Shown here: positions 1 to 16,851 of the stretch, piece by piece | Position numbering within the stretch: position 1 is the first letter of the stretch | Layout of the letters: every line of letters starts with the position of its first letter | DNA from: the human T2T-CHM13v2.0 reference genome, Homo sapiens | Reading direction: 5' to 3' (one strand) | Assembly (NCBI RefSeq): GCF_009914755.1 | Contig: NC_060947.1 | DNA: 64,000 nucleotides | Made by a program: the position numbers and the translations under genes | The notes under the pieces: generated by a model | Told to the model about the DNA's origin: nothing | The model's input: the letters and a program-made list of their open reading frames with translations, nothing else | Databases searched by the model: none

Positions 1-269
1 ACACACCCAAATGAGGAATGTGTTGCCTCCAAAATCCAAGTGGGCTCACTAGATGTTGTGCCTCTTTCTTGGTTGTAGGAGGGGCCAAATGCAGCAACTT
101 ATCCTTCACCTTAGAAGGAATATCTCTACAGGCCCCATACCACTGGACTCCTAGAAATTTTACTGAGGTAGCAAGTCCCTGAATTTTAGTCAGATTTATT
201 TCCCATCCTCTGGCATGCAAATGTCTCACCAATAAGTCCAGTGTGCTTGCTACTTCTTGCTCACTGGAT

Positions 270-1100
270 CCAATCAGCATAATGCCATCAACGTAATGGA
301 CCCAGTGTGATATCTTGTGGAAGCGAAAAGAGATCAAGGTCTCTCTGAATAAGATTATGACACAAAGCCAGAGAGTTGATATACCCCTGAAGTAGGACAG
401 TAAAGGTATATTGCTGACCATGCCGGCTGACGGCAAATTGCTTCTGGTGGGCCTTATGGACAGGAATGTAGAAACAGGCATTTCCCAAGTCAATGACTGC
501 ATACCAGGTACACAGAGATATGTTAATTTGCTCAAGCAACGAAACCACATCTGGTACAGCTGCTGCAATTGGAGTCACCACTTGTTTAAGCTTGTAATAC
601 TCCGCTGTCATTCTCCAAGATCCGTCTGTCTTCTGCACAGGCCAAATAGAAGAGTTGAAGGGGGATGTGGTGGGAATCACCACTTCTGTGTCTTTCAAGT
701 CTTTGATGGTGGCAGTAATTGCTGCAATCTCTTTCCAGGGATGCGATATTGTTTTTGATTTACTATTTTTCTAGGTATAGGCAGCCCTAATGGCTTTTAT
801 TTGGCCTTTCCCACCATAATAGCCCTCACCCTCCCAGTCAGGGAGCCAATGTGGGGGTTCTACCAGCTGCTAAGTATGTCTATGCCAATTATGCATTCTG
901 GCACTGGGGAAATGACACAGGATGAGTTCATGGACCCACTGAACCAACTGTAAGTCAGACCTGAGCTAAAGCTTCATTAATTACCTGACTTCCATAAGTC
1001 CCTACTTTAACTGAAGGATCACAATGACATTTTGAGTCCCCTGGAATCCACGTCAGCTAAGAGCCAGTGTCCAGTAGTCCCCGAAATATCTGATCATTTC
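270..1100 (-). pseudogene. HERV-L pro-pol remnant (protease and RT), frameshifted
   Basis: PFNSSIWPVQKTDGSWRM, VIDLGNACF and YTFTVLLQGYINS in ORF 288-698. The YxDD position reads YVDG (284-295) in a shifted frame. Confidence 0.9.
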
Positions 1101-1332
1101 CCTTTCTCAAAATGCACAGTTACCCTGATAAAAGGCCGGAGGTCTCCTTGGGGAAGGATGGGAGAAAGATTAGCAGCATAAATTGTCAGTATTGTATTGG
1201 GGTCCTTCCTTAAGGGGACCCAGCCTCCCCTTCATTCAAGGGGTTCTGGGTGTGTAAACTTGCTCAAGTCTGGAAATTGATTAAGGGGCCATAATTCTCT
1301 GTTTCTATAATTCAAATTAGTATTTTGTCCAT

Positions 1333-2992
1333 TCAACCTGAAGATTTCTGCTTATATAAATTAAGTAGAAATATAGTAGGCTTCCTATCAATTTCACTTC
1401 TGGGAACACCGTGATTAATTAGCCAATGCCAGAGCTCTACATAAGTCAAACTATTCTGATTGCTGCTTTGCCTCTGCTGTCCATTACAGTAGCTATGCCC
1501 ACCTTGCCTTCGGTGGTTGAGTGCCACCACTTGGCCCCTGCCACCTCGGGATCCAATTATTCCCATTGAATTTAAATTTTGTAGTTGAGTGACTGCAGAT
1601 CCCACTGTTAGATCTGACATACAGAGAAGAGCAATTACAGGGCTCTTCATAGATGCAGGTGCTGCCTCACAAATCTATTTTGCAAAGCACTGGTCAAGAG
1701 TATATCTTCTGGACCCTCCCAGCTGGGATGAGTAGGTCTAAAGTGACTAATCCACTCCACCATCCCAATCTCTCTAAGCATTTAGATCCCTTCCTCTACA
1801 TTAAATCAAGAGAGATCAGGCATTTCTAGCTCACTCACAGTGGGCCATCTTTTAATCCATATTTCAGCTAACCAAGCAAATAAGCTATTAGAAACTTTTT
1901 TTAACTCCCCGAGCTGCAACATTAAAAGCAGAGTCCCTACTTAGTGGGCCCAAATCGATAAATTCAGCCTGTTCCAACTCTGTTTCTTCCACCATTATCC
2001 CACACCCTTAATATCCATTTCCATGCCTGTTCTCCAGATTCAGGCTTATATAAATTAGAAAACTCAACTAGTTACTTTTGAGTGTAGTGCACCTCCTCAT
2101 GGGTCACACTCTGAACCTCACGTCTAGGGGCCCACTGGGACTTTAGTTACAGATCTAGAAGCAAACAGCGGTGTTGGGGGTGGCTCCTGAGGAGAATCAG
2201 CATTATCTTGCTTGGCAACTGCCTCAGGGGAGGCCATCACTGTTGCCTCAGGCAGTGCAGGGTTTATCTCCGCAGACAAAGGTGGAAAGGGCAGCATGTG
2301 TCAGGGAGGGGATGTTGCCGCTACTGGGGATGGGGAAGCTGTTTCTTCTGGCAAAAATGGTTCTTCAGATTTTACACCCAGATTTTACAAGCTCAGTGTC
2401 ACACCCAGATTTTACAAGCTCAGTGTCCCCAGCTTCATCAGGGTCCTCCCATAAGTCCCCATTCCAAGTTGCAGGGTCCCATTTGTTTCCAATCAATGGC
2501 CTCATTTTAACAGTAGACACCTGGTGAGGCTGTGCATGCACCTTTCATTTCAGGTCAGCCACTTGCATGATAAGAGCTTGTGTCTGTTTTTCCACAATTT
2601 CAGCTCTTTCTATACAGGAGATAAAACTCTCACTCAGGGCAATCTTAGCAGATTTGAGGCTAAGTATCTGCTTCTGAAGCTGGAACATAGAATCCCTGAG
2701 TTCATCATCATCTTTCAACACTTTGTCCAGTGAACTCAGGAGCAACCAACCAACTTTATTATGTTCCTTGGTTCTCCACATGTAGTCAAAGGTATTATGT
2801 ATAGAGTAACTTGCCTCTTATGAGCAGTGAATCAGGAATGTCAAATGACTTTATTTTGCATATCTCTCTAAACAGTTCATGCCAAGGACTATCAGTGTTC
2901 TCCATACTTTTAGAAGTAGAGTCCTTAGCATTTTGGGGTCTAATCGTATTAAGCAGCCAACTCCAGAAACCCCAAAACCAATGAAAGAACAT
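1333..2992 (-). pseudogene. HERV-L gag remnant
   Basis: Several short minus-strand ORFs with ERV-L Gag-like sequence (e.g. ELWHWLINHGVPRSEID, WLLLSSLDKV), broken by stops and frameshifts. Confidence 0.85.
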
Positions 2993-3016
2993 TATCCTTA
3001 ATATTCTGTTCCTCTA

Positions 3017-3034
3017 GAACCACTCCTGGTACCA
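3017..3034 (-). other. Primer binding site complementary to the tRNA-Leu 3' end
   Basis: Plus strand gaaccactcctggtacca resembles the tRNA-Leu 3' end (...CCACTCCTGGTACCA). It lies 5 bp inside the LTR boundary. Confidence 0.85.
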
Positions 3035-3039
3035 TAATC

Positions 3040-3130
3040 TGTATTAGAGTTCTCTAGAGGGACAGAACTAATAGGATATATATATATTAATTTATTATAT
3101 TTAATAATATAATTATTTATATATATAATA

Positions 3131-3170
<40 letters not shown>

Positions 3171-3552
3171 TTTATTAAGGAGTATTAAACTCACATGATC
3201 ACAAGGTCCCACAATAGGCCACCTGCAAGCTGAGGAGGAAGGAAGACAGTCTGAGTCCTAAAGCTGAAGAACTTGGTGTCTGATGTTAGAGGGCAGGAAG
3301 CATCCAGCATGGGAGAAAGATGTAGGCTGGGAGGTTAAGCTAGTCTAGCCTTTTCACATTTTTCTGTCTGCTTTATATCCTGGTAGTGCTGGCAGCTGAT
3401 CAGATGGTGCCTGCCCAGATTATGGGTGGGTCTGCCTTTCCCAGACCACTGTCTCAAATGTTAGTCTCCTTTGGCAACACCCTCACAGACACACCCAGGA
3501 TCAATACTTTGCATCCTTCAATCCAATCAAGTTGACAGTATTAACCATCATA
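3040..3552 (-). mobile_element. MLT2A1-like LTR (5' LTR of the HERV-L provirus)
   Basis: Reverse complement runs (TA)TGATGGTTAA...AATACA. Closely similar to the solo LTR at 31350-31801. Poly(A) signal (tttatt on plus) at 3171-3176. Confidence 0.93.
3075..3167. repeat. (TA)n / AT-rich expansion inside the LTR
   Basis: Visible TA runs. The paralogous LTR has only tatatataca at this site (~31746-31757). Confidence 0.95.
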
Positions 3553-3679
3553 AGCCAGAAATATCACTTCATTTAGAAATAGGGTGGAAGAAGGAAAGCT
3601 GGAAGAAGAAAATGGTGGTGGGAGAGGTGAGAGGGGAAGCAAAAAGTAGAAAGCCACGTCTCCAAAGCCATGGTTCCAT

Positions 3680-4200
3680 GAAAGAGAGCTTCATGAGTGC
3701 TAGCACATGCTGCTGAGGGGGTGGAGATATTAAGGACTGGTAGGAAGCACTTGCAGTAGGCAGTTAAAAATGGTGATCTTTAGGAGAGCATGTCAATAAT
3801 GGATTTGATAGCCAGATTGTAAAGGTTTAAGGAGTAGTTAGTAAAGAAGAAGATGAAGTGAATAAGACTACACTGAAAAGGTGTTCATAGTGAAACATGA
3901 GGGTGGCAGAGTGACCACAGAGTTAAGTAAAAGTGATTCAGGGCTAATAGGACTGTGACCTTGTGTAAGGGTGGAGAAGTCTCTGAGGAGAGATAAGAGA
4001 GTCTGTGAGAAGAGAGAAGCAGAACTGTAAAAAAACAATAATTAATTGATCAAGTGATGCCCCTTGGCTATAAGGGAAGTGAGCCTATGACAAAAGAAGG
4101 AACACAGGTTTTTTTTAATAAGACTTGGCAGAAGAAGAGAAAGAGAGGAATGCATAGGTGGGTGAATGAATGGATGAATGCAGAGAAAAACATTTAAATA
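3680..4200 (-). mobile_element. Degenerate L2-like fragments
   Basis: Purine-rich L2-like segments and a gaatgaatggatgaatg tail-like stretch near 4160-4180, whose orientation may differ. Highly diverged. Confidence 0.35.
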
Positions 4201-4214
4201 ATGTTTGTGATTCC

Positions 4215-5800
<1,586 letters not shown>

Positions 5801-5829
5801 AATAAGCATCTTGGCCTTCTGGTATATAA

Positions 5830-6080
5830 GGCAACACATGATAAAGTGTTCAGCCTTGGGAGTCAGGCTGCTTGGATTCAAATTCTGGCTTTGCCACTTC
5901 TAACTGTGTGACTTTTAGAAAGTTACTAAATATTTCTGTACCCTAGTTTCTTTATCTGTAAAATAGGGATATTAATAGTGCCTTCTATGTAGGGTTTGCA
6001 GCTAGATTAAGTAAATAAACACATAAAGAGAAATGTAGAACAGCATGTGACACATAGTAGGCATTCCTTAAAAGTTAAGT
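5830..6080 (+). mobile_element. MIR
   Basis: ggagtcaggctgcttggattcaaattctggct... plus core tttctttatctgtaaaataggga and 3' cacatagtaggca. Confidence 0.85.
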
Positions 6081-6130
6081 ATAGTATGTATCTCCATTTA
6101 TTAAAGTATGTTGGAGCCCTTATGTAAGGT

Positions 6131-6708
6131 ACAGACATTCCTTTCTTTTCATGGTTCTAATATTAATGAATTTCATTTGTGATGGTTTAATTAAATAACA
6201 CCAGTTCCCCAATAACACAGTTTGAAATGTAATCACCACAGTATCTTAAGCATGAGTAATTGCATAAAATACAAACTTCAGTGCTATCTCTTTGGTCCAC
6301 AAATTTACTATGTAAGTAACAGAAGTGCATCATGATTGGTGACTAATGGTATCACTTCTTTCAAACCCAATTGGTGATTGGTCCCTGTGCACAAAGCATG
6401 TTGCCTCTTTGTCTCTCAGCGATAAATCTCTGTGATATTTTATGAAAATAGATAATCAAAAGAGTGCGTTGGCCAACAAAGATGAAAGTGCAGCAAGGAA
6501 CGAAAAGTGACAATGCTAGAAGTGAAATTAGAATCAAACATAAATGAAGTTACAGAAGAAATCATTAACCGTGGGAATGTTGACACCGCCGCCATTCCAG
6601 AGACCCTAGAAATGCAACCAGAGGAGCTTAATGGGGGTGAAAGTGTTGACATAAATGTGGGAAATTGTTGTGACAAAAAGAATGAACATGGTCCAGAGGA
6701 AGTGATAC

Positions 6709-6739
<31 letters not shown>

Positions 6740-7200
6740 GCCAAACCCAAAACAAAACAAACAAAACAAAACAAAAAAACATATTTGAGAAATCCTTGAG
6801 ATATTTGGCAACATTGAAAATGCAAAGGATACAATATTGAAAGATGATGCAAACTTACAAAGGAGTATTACAATTTGTCAAGGCATAAAAATACACTAGC
6901 TTTTATGGAAGACAAGAAGAAGGCAAGTACTGTTTGAACTATCATTGATAACATTTTTTACAAAGTAACAAACACTTTAATTCTCAATATTTCTAATGTT
7001 TAAATTACAGTGAACTAAATATTTTACTTTTTCCATTTTCTTATACCTTTATAATGGAATGGATGGTGAGAGAGTTTTTAGTGTATTGGCAGAAATTTTT
7101 AAAGGTCACTGAACAATCATAATTCTTCCCATTGATTATTAAGACTGGTTTGTATGGTTTCAGCTTGCTTGGTCTTTTTAACGTTTCTGTACTACCTTGC
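6131..7200 (+). mobile_element. Tigger-family (TcMar) DNA transposon, Tigger6a-like, right TIR eroded
   Basis: Starts TA|CAGACA. Contains a transposase-derived remnant (ORF 6507-6788 and the N-terminal-like stretch near 6450-6530). Matches my recall of Tigger6a along its length. Confidence 0.8.
6713..6780. repeat. Poly(A)/(CAAAA)n tract inside the Tigger
   Basis: Run of ~27 A followed by CAAAA/CAAA units. Confidence 0.95.
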
Positions 7201-7599
7201 TCATATTGTAATTGTCTTCATATAGCCCATTCCATACACACATCTTAATAGGATTATTCTTAGTTGTTTTAAATTTATTATAGCTGTTGGGAATGGGATT
7301 TATTTTTATTGTTTTCTAACAGATACCTTTGATATATAAGAAAGTTCTTGCTTCCTGTATATTTGCTTAGTGTCTGAATCCCCTGTCAGGTTTTATTATT
7401 TCTAGCAGGTTCTCAGTTGATTTGGTGCCTGTCCATTGGGAATCATGAATTTTGATTTTACATGGAACAGCTGTGTGAAAAAAAAAAAAGTCCTGGTTAC
7501 CTAAGAAAAAAGGTTTCTTGGCTTTCTTCTGCTTTGGAAATGGACTCTCATGTCTGACATCATAGCTAAGCAGACTTATTTCAAAAGCAATCTTGGTGG

Positions 7600-7825
7600 C
7601 ATGGAAGATTGTCCTGAGTTGAAATCTCCAATTTGTCACATGCTAGCTGTATTATCTAAACCTGTGTGAACTAAACCTCACTGAGCCTGTTTTCTCATTG
7701 GGGAATAGAAATAGTAATATATACCACATGAGATTATTAGAAGGGTTAAGTGAGATAGTGCATATGAGACACCTCCCTGAGAGCACAAAGGAAAAGCTCA
7801 ATAAATGTTAAGCATTATCTTATTA
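7600..7825 (+). mobile_element. MIR
   Basis: aacctcactgagcctgttttctcatt core and gctcaataaatgtta 3' end. Confidence 0.8.
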
Positions 7826-8099
7826 TTTTAAAAATTATTATTATGAAGGAGCAACTTCTTCCTTCCTGGACCTGCTGTACTGCTTAGGAACCCACCCATG
7901 CTTTGCTTAAGGACAATTCTTCCAGGGCCAAGACAGATGGTTGGGGTATCTTGCTGATTTTCAATTTCACTGAATCTCTTTATCTTTATGTGTTTTCTTA
8001 TGAATTTAAATGAGAAATATGGCTTCCACTTTAACACAAAAGTCAATAAGAAAAAATCCTAAGCTGGAAAGAAAGGTGCGGCATAGCTATATTGTTATT

Positions 8100-8707
8100 T
8101 CTAGCCCCTCCCACATTTATTTGGTTGACAAGTGCTGTGAGCCCCATCTCAAGTGCTTCTTGAATCCACCACCCCGCTTCCTTTTCCATTCCCATTACCC
8201 TATATCTGGATCTCAGCTCACACGTGAATCTTTGTAACATTTTCTGAAGAGATATTTCTGCCTCTTTTCTCTCACTGCCATTACCCAGACCTTGTACCAG
8301 GGAGTTGCTTTTTAAACCACAGGGAAAAAATCATGACCTTTCTTTCCTTAAAAATAAAAAATCTCATTTAGGTCTTCATTACTTATAGGATCTTGACTGA
8401 ACGCTAAAACCTGTAATTGGAGGCTTTCTATTATCTGATCTCAAACAACTCTTCCAGCTTCATTTCTATTGGCTATCAACACTCAACTCTCCCTCACTTC
8501 CCCCAACACACCCTCCCACCACTGCTACCACCAGCAGCAGCTTTACCTCTAAACACGCCTGTTAACAGCTCCCCAGTCCCTAGATGTGTTCTATGCTTTT
8601 CTGCCTTCATGTGTATGCTGTTGTTTCTCCAGCCTAAAATCCTCTCCCCATCCCCCTCCATCTTTTAAATCCTGCCCATTTTCACATGCCACAAAGTTCA
8701 TGAAGTT
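8100..8707 (+). mobile_element. L2 3' region, left part (split by L1PA8)
   Basis: Pyrimidine-rich L2 3' sequence. L2-like sequence resumes after 15288. Confidence 0.6.
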
Positions 8708-8979
8708 CTTTCTGTTTTTTCTTTTTTTAACTTTAATTTTAATTTTAATTTATTTTTTATTTTACTTTAAGTTCTGGGATACATGTGCAGAACATGCAGG
8801 TTTGTTACATAGGTATACATGTGCCATGGTGGTTTGCTGCACCTATCAACCCGTCATCTAGGTTTTAAGACTCGCATGTATTAGGTATTTGTCCTAACGC
8901 TCTCCCTCCGCTTGTCCCCCACTCCCCGACAGGCCCCAGTGTGTGATGTTCCCCTCCCTGTGGCCATGTGTTTTCTTGT

Positions 8980-12856
<3,877 letters not shown>

Positions 12857-12916
12857 GATGCTACCTGGTTATTTTGCACATTCGTTGATGCAGTTTCTTC
12901 ATAGTGTCATTGGTCT

Positions 12917-13945
12917 TTATATTTTGGTGTGTTTTTGTGGTGGCTGGTACCAGTTTTTCCTTTCCATATTTAGTGTTTCCTTCAGGAGCTCTTGTAAGGC
13001 ATGCCTGGTGATGACAAAATCCCTGAGCATTTGCTTGTCTGTAAAGGATTTTATTTCTCCTTCGCTCATGAAGTTTAGTTTGGCTGGATATGAAATTTTT
13101 GGTTGAAAATTCTTTTCTTTAAGAATGTTGAATATTGGCCCCCACTCTCTTCTGGCTTGTAGGGTTTCTGCAGAGAGATCTGCTGTTAGTCTGATGGGCT
13201 TCCCTTTGTAGGTAACCTGACCTTTTTCTCTGGCTGCCCTTCACATTTTTTCCTTCATTTCAACCTCAGAGAATCTGTCAATTATGTGTTTTGGGGTTGC
13301 TCTTCTCAAGGAGTATCTTAGTGGTGTTCTCTGTATTTCCTGAATTTGAATGTTGGCCTGTCTTGCCAGGTTGGGGAAATTCTCCTGGATAATATCCTGA
13401 AGTGTGTTTTCCACCTTGGCTCCATTCTCCCCATCACTTTCAGGTACACCAGCCAATTGTAGGTTTGGTCTTTTCACATAGTCCCATATTTCTTGGAGGC
13501 TTTGTTCATTCCTTTTCATTCTTTTTTCTCTAATCTTGTCTTCACGCTTTATTTCAGTAAGGTGATTTTCAATCTCTGATATCCTTTCTCCTGCTTGATC
13601 AATTTGGCTATTGATTCTTGTGTATGCTTCACGAAGCTCTCGTGCTGCATTTTTCAGCTTCATCAGGTCATTTATGTTCCTCTCTAAACTGGTTATTCTA
13701 GTTAGCAGTTCCTGTAATCTTTTATCAAGGTTCTGAGCTTCCTTGCATTGGGTTAGAACATGCTCCTTTAGCTCAGAAGAGTTTGTTACTACCCACCTTC
13801 TGAACCCTACATCTGTCAATTCATCAATCTCATTCTCTATCCAATTTTGTGCCCTTGCTGGAGAGGAGTTATGATAATTTGGAGAAGATGCATTCTGGTT
13901 TTTGGAATTTTCAGCGTTTTTACCCTGGTTTTTCCTCATCTTCAT
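12917..13945 (-). pseudogene. L1 ORF1 remnant (234-aa open N-terminal part, then frameshift)
   Basis: ORF 13241-13945 contains the coiled coil and WDYVKRPNL...QENFPNLARQ. Confidence 0.92.
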
Positions 13946-15287
13946 GGATTTATCTACCTTTGATCTTTGAGGCTGATGACCTTTGGATGGGGTTTTTGTT
14001 GGGAGGAGGTCTTTTATGTTGATGTTGCTGTTTTTGCTTTCTGTTTGTTAGTTTTTCTCCTAACAGGCCCCTCTTCTGCAGGTCTGCTGCAGTTTGCTGG
14101 AGGTCCACTCCAGACCCTATTTGCCTGGGTATCACCAGTGGAGGCTGCAAAACAGCAAAGATTGCTGCCTGCTTCTTCCTCTGGAAGCTTCGCCCCAGAG
14201 GAGCACCAGCCTGATGCCAGCTGGAGCTCTCCTGTATGAGGTGTCTGATGACCCCTGTTGGGAGGTATCTCTCAGTCAGGTGGCATGGGAGTCAGGGACC
14301 CACTTGAGGAGGCAGTCTGCCCCTTAACAGAACTGGTGCGCTGTGTGGAGAGAATCCCCCTTGTCAGGATCAGCTGCTCTCTTCAGCGCTGGCAGGCAGG
14401 AATGATTTAATCCGCTGAAGCTGCACTCACAGCTGCCCCTTCCCCCAGGTGCTCTGTCCCAGACAGATGAGAGTTTTATCTGTAAGCCCCTAATTGGGGC
14501 TCCTGCTTTTCCTTCAGAGATGTCCTGCCCAGTGAGAAGGAATCTAGAGAAGCAGTCTGGCCATAGCTGCTTTGCTGCACTGTGGTGGATTCTGCCCAGT
14601 CCAAACCTCCCAGCCTCCTTAGCACTGTCGGGGGAAAATCACCTACTAAAGCCTCAGTAATGGTGGATGCCCCTACCCCTACCAAGCTCGATGATCCCAA
14701 GTCGACTTCAGACTGTTGTGCTGGCAGTGAGAATTTCAAGCCAGTGGTTCTTAGCTTGCTGGGCTCTGTGGGAGTGGGACCCACTGAGCTAGACCACTTG
14801 GCTCCCTGGCTTCAGCCCCCTTTTCAGGGGAGTGAACGGTTCTGTCTCACTGGGGTTCCAGGTGCCACTGGGGTATGAAAAAAACTCCTACAGCTAGCTT
14901 GGCGTCTGCCCAAACAGCCACCAAGTTTTATGCTTGAAACCCAGGATCCTGTTGGTATAGGCACATGAGGGAATCTCCTGGTCTGCAGATTGCAAAAACC
15001 ATGGGAAAAGCGTAGTACCCAGGCCGCGTAGCACAGTCTCTCATGGCTTCCCTCGGCAGGGGGAGGGAGGTCCCCCCGGCCCTTGCATTTCCTGGGTAAA
15101 GCGTTGCCCCATTCTGATTCTGCTCACTCTCCATGGGTTGCACTCACTGCCTAACCAGTCCCAATGAGATTAACTGGGTACCTCAGTTGGAAATGCAGAA
15201 ATCATCCACCTTCTGCATTGGTGTCTCTGGGAGCTGCAGACTGGAGGTGTTCCTATTCTGCAATCTTGGCCCCTCACCTCTCTGTTT

Positions 15288-15915
15288 GTACTTCTCTCAC
15301 TCTCTCCCTCAGAAATCTGAGTGAATAATTTCATCTTCCATCTTCCTAAAGTACTTGCTTATATGTGTTTTCTTACAGTAAGTTCATCTTTCTTCTTGAA
15401 TATACAGAAGATCTCTGTAAACTGAAATTTTCTCAAGCAGGAGAGCCAGTTCTTAAGCATCTGGGTAAACCCTGGACCATTTCCACATCATATTGTATTT
15501 GTCTGCCTCTCTTTTGCCCATCTCTCCACTAGCCCCATCACATTTGAAGATGGGTGAGAACCATGTCTTCTTCACCATTGTATCCCAAGTGTCTGCCACA
15601 AAGCCTGGCACATAGTAGGCTCAGTGAAAACTTGTGGAATCAATAATAGCCCTCCCATTTCCTTGACCTCTTTGACCCTGTGATTTGGGCCTCCTGTTTT
15701 ATTCAGCAACCACTGCTATTACTTGCAGTTTCCTACTTCACCTCTCAAACCTCGAACTCCGAAATGCCTTCTAGCTACCAAAATTTTCTGTCTTCTGGCG
15801 AACTTGTTCAACTCCATCTTTGTGACTGATGGCCCCCAGCCTCTCCTTATTCTTTCAGTTAGTCCCCCTCTGACTTCCCTCACCTCCCTTCCCAGTCCAA
15901 CATTCTGCTCTGTTC
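15288..15915 (+). mobile_element. L2 fragments including an L2 3' end
   Basis: cctggcacatagtaggctcagtgaaaacttgtggaatcaat terminus at ~15605-15645. Confidence 0.65.
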
Positions 15916-15919
15916 TTTC

Positions 15920-16216
15920 CAGAGCCTTGGCTAGGGTGGGGTCACTGGGGCACAGAAATTTACAGGGCACCACATTTTTCTCCCACCACCTCTCTGGTCT
16001 CAGTTGGAAGCCTCATCCTGGCCCCCGGCCAGCCCACTTGGCAGCAGCAGAGATGGATGGAGTGAGAGGCCTGAGGTCAAGGGCTCAGAGCACACCAGCC
16101 AGGGGACCTTTTGTGCGTAGGGCTGCCCCTTCCCCCATCAAGAGCAGCTTCCATTGAAGAGAAGGCGAGTTTCACACTGCTTGCCCTGGGCGCCAAAAAT
16201 GTTAGTTAGGACTCTG
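15920..16216. mobile_element. hAT (Tip100-like) MITE, ~297 bp
   Basis: Imperfect TIRs cagagccttggcta / tagttaggactctg. 8-bp TSD gttctttc (15912-15919) / gttctgtc (16217-16224). Confidence 0.75.
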
Positions 16217-16469
16217 GTTCTGTCCCTGCTTCCCTCACCCCTTGATATTGTGCCAATCTCCATGCTGTTTTCTCTGCTTCAGAGCTACAGCAAGCTCTGT
16301 TGCTGGGCTTCCTGGGATCACTACCAGTCCCTGCTGCCTTTCCTTGGTGGACACTTGATGGCTGCTCAGCCATCTTTGTAACTGATATTCATATTGGGGT
16401 ATATTTGTGTTGCAGGATGCAGGCGAGAGAGAGAGAGACACAGACACTTGAGCTGAGCTGCATAGGACT

Positions 16470-16625
16470 GACAAAAGAAGCCACAAGCCCCTTCACCTTT
16501 CTGAGACTCCTTTTCCTCATCTGTGAAATGGGAATGAAAATAGCATTCACCTTATAACATGTTCTAAGGAAAAAAGTACATGGCAGAATGTTTGGCACAT
16601 ATGATAATCATTCCATAGATGTAAC
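16470..16625 (+). mobile_element. MIR
   Basis: Core ttttcctcatctgtgaaatgggaatgaaaatagca. Confidence 0.8.
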
Positions 16626-16851
16626 TTCTCCTCTCTTAGTTTTGAATAATCTTCCTTTAGTTTACTTTTTCCAAGACTGTGGTGAGAATTAGATAAGAAA
16701 ACTAGTGATCACACCTACTATAGTAGGTTTGATAAATGTCAGCCATGGCCAACTCCAGAGGCCAGGCAGTAGCTTTTCTTCTCCCCACCCACCTCACTAC
16801 TTAACACCAACCCAGTCAGTAGGCTGAAAGACTCCTAAGAAAGTTTTTCTT

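Larger units (their letters stand above)
1..3039 (-). mobile_element. HERV-L internal region (gag-pro-pol 5' part), decayed; continues beyond the window start
   Basis: Minus-strand ORF fragments resemble ERV-L Gag (1333-1650, 2545-2781, 2795-2992). Protease motif GLLDTGS at ~1060-1080 and RT motifs at 288-698. Lies next to a tRNA-Leu PBS and an MLT2A LTR. Confidence 0.95.

Noticed and set aside
3017-3034. tRNA-Leu gene
   Set aside because: Only the 3'-terminal ~18 nt, next to an LTR. It is a retroviral PBS.
6507-6788. 93-aa ORF with a poly-Lys NLS-like tail
   Set aside because: Tigger transposase remnant read into an A-rich tract.
13241-13945. 234-aa ORF as a domesticated gene
   Set aside because: Ordinary L1 ORF1 truncated by a frameshift. 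This length is unremarkable for an element of this age.
15723-16157. 144-aa ORF
   Set aside because: Runs across L2 and MITE sequence with no splice or homology support.
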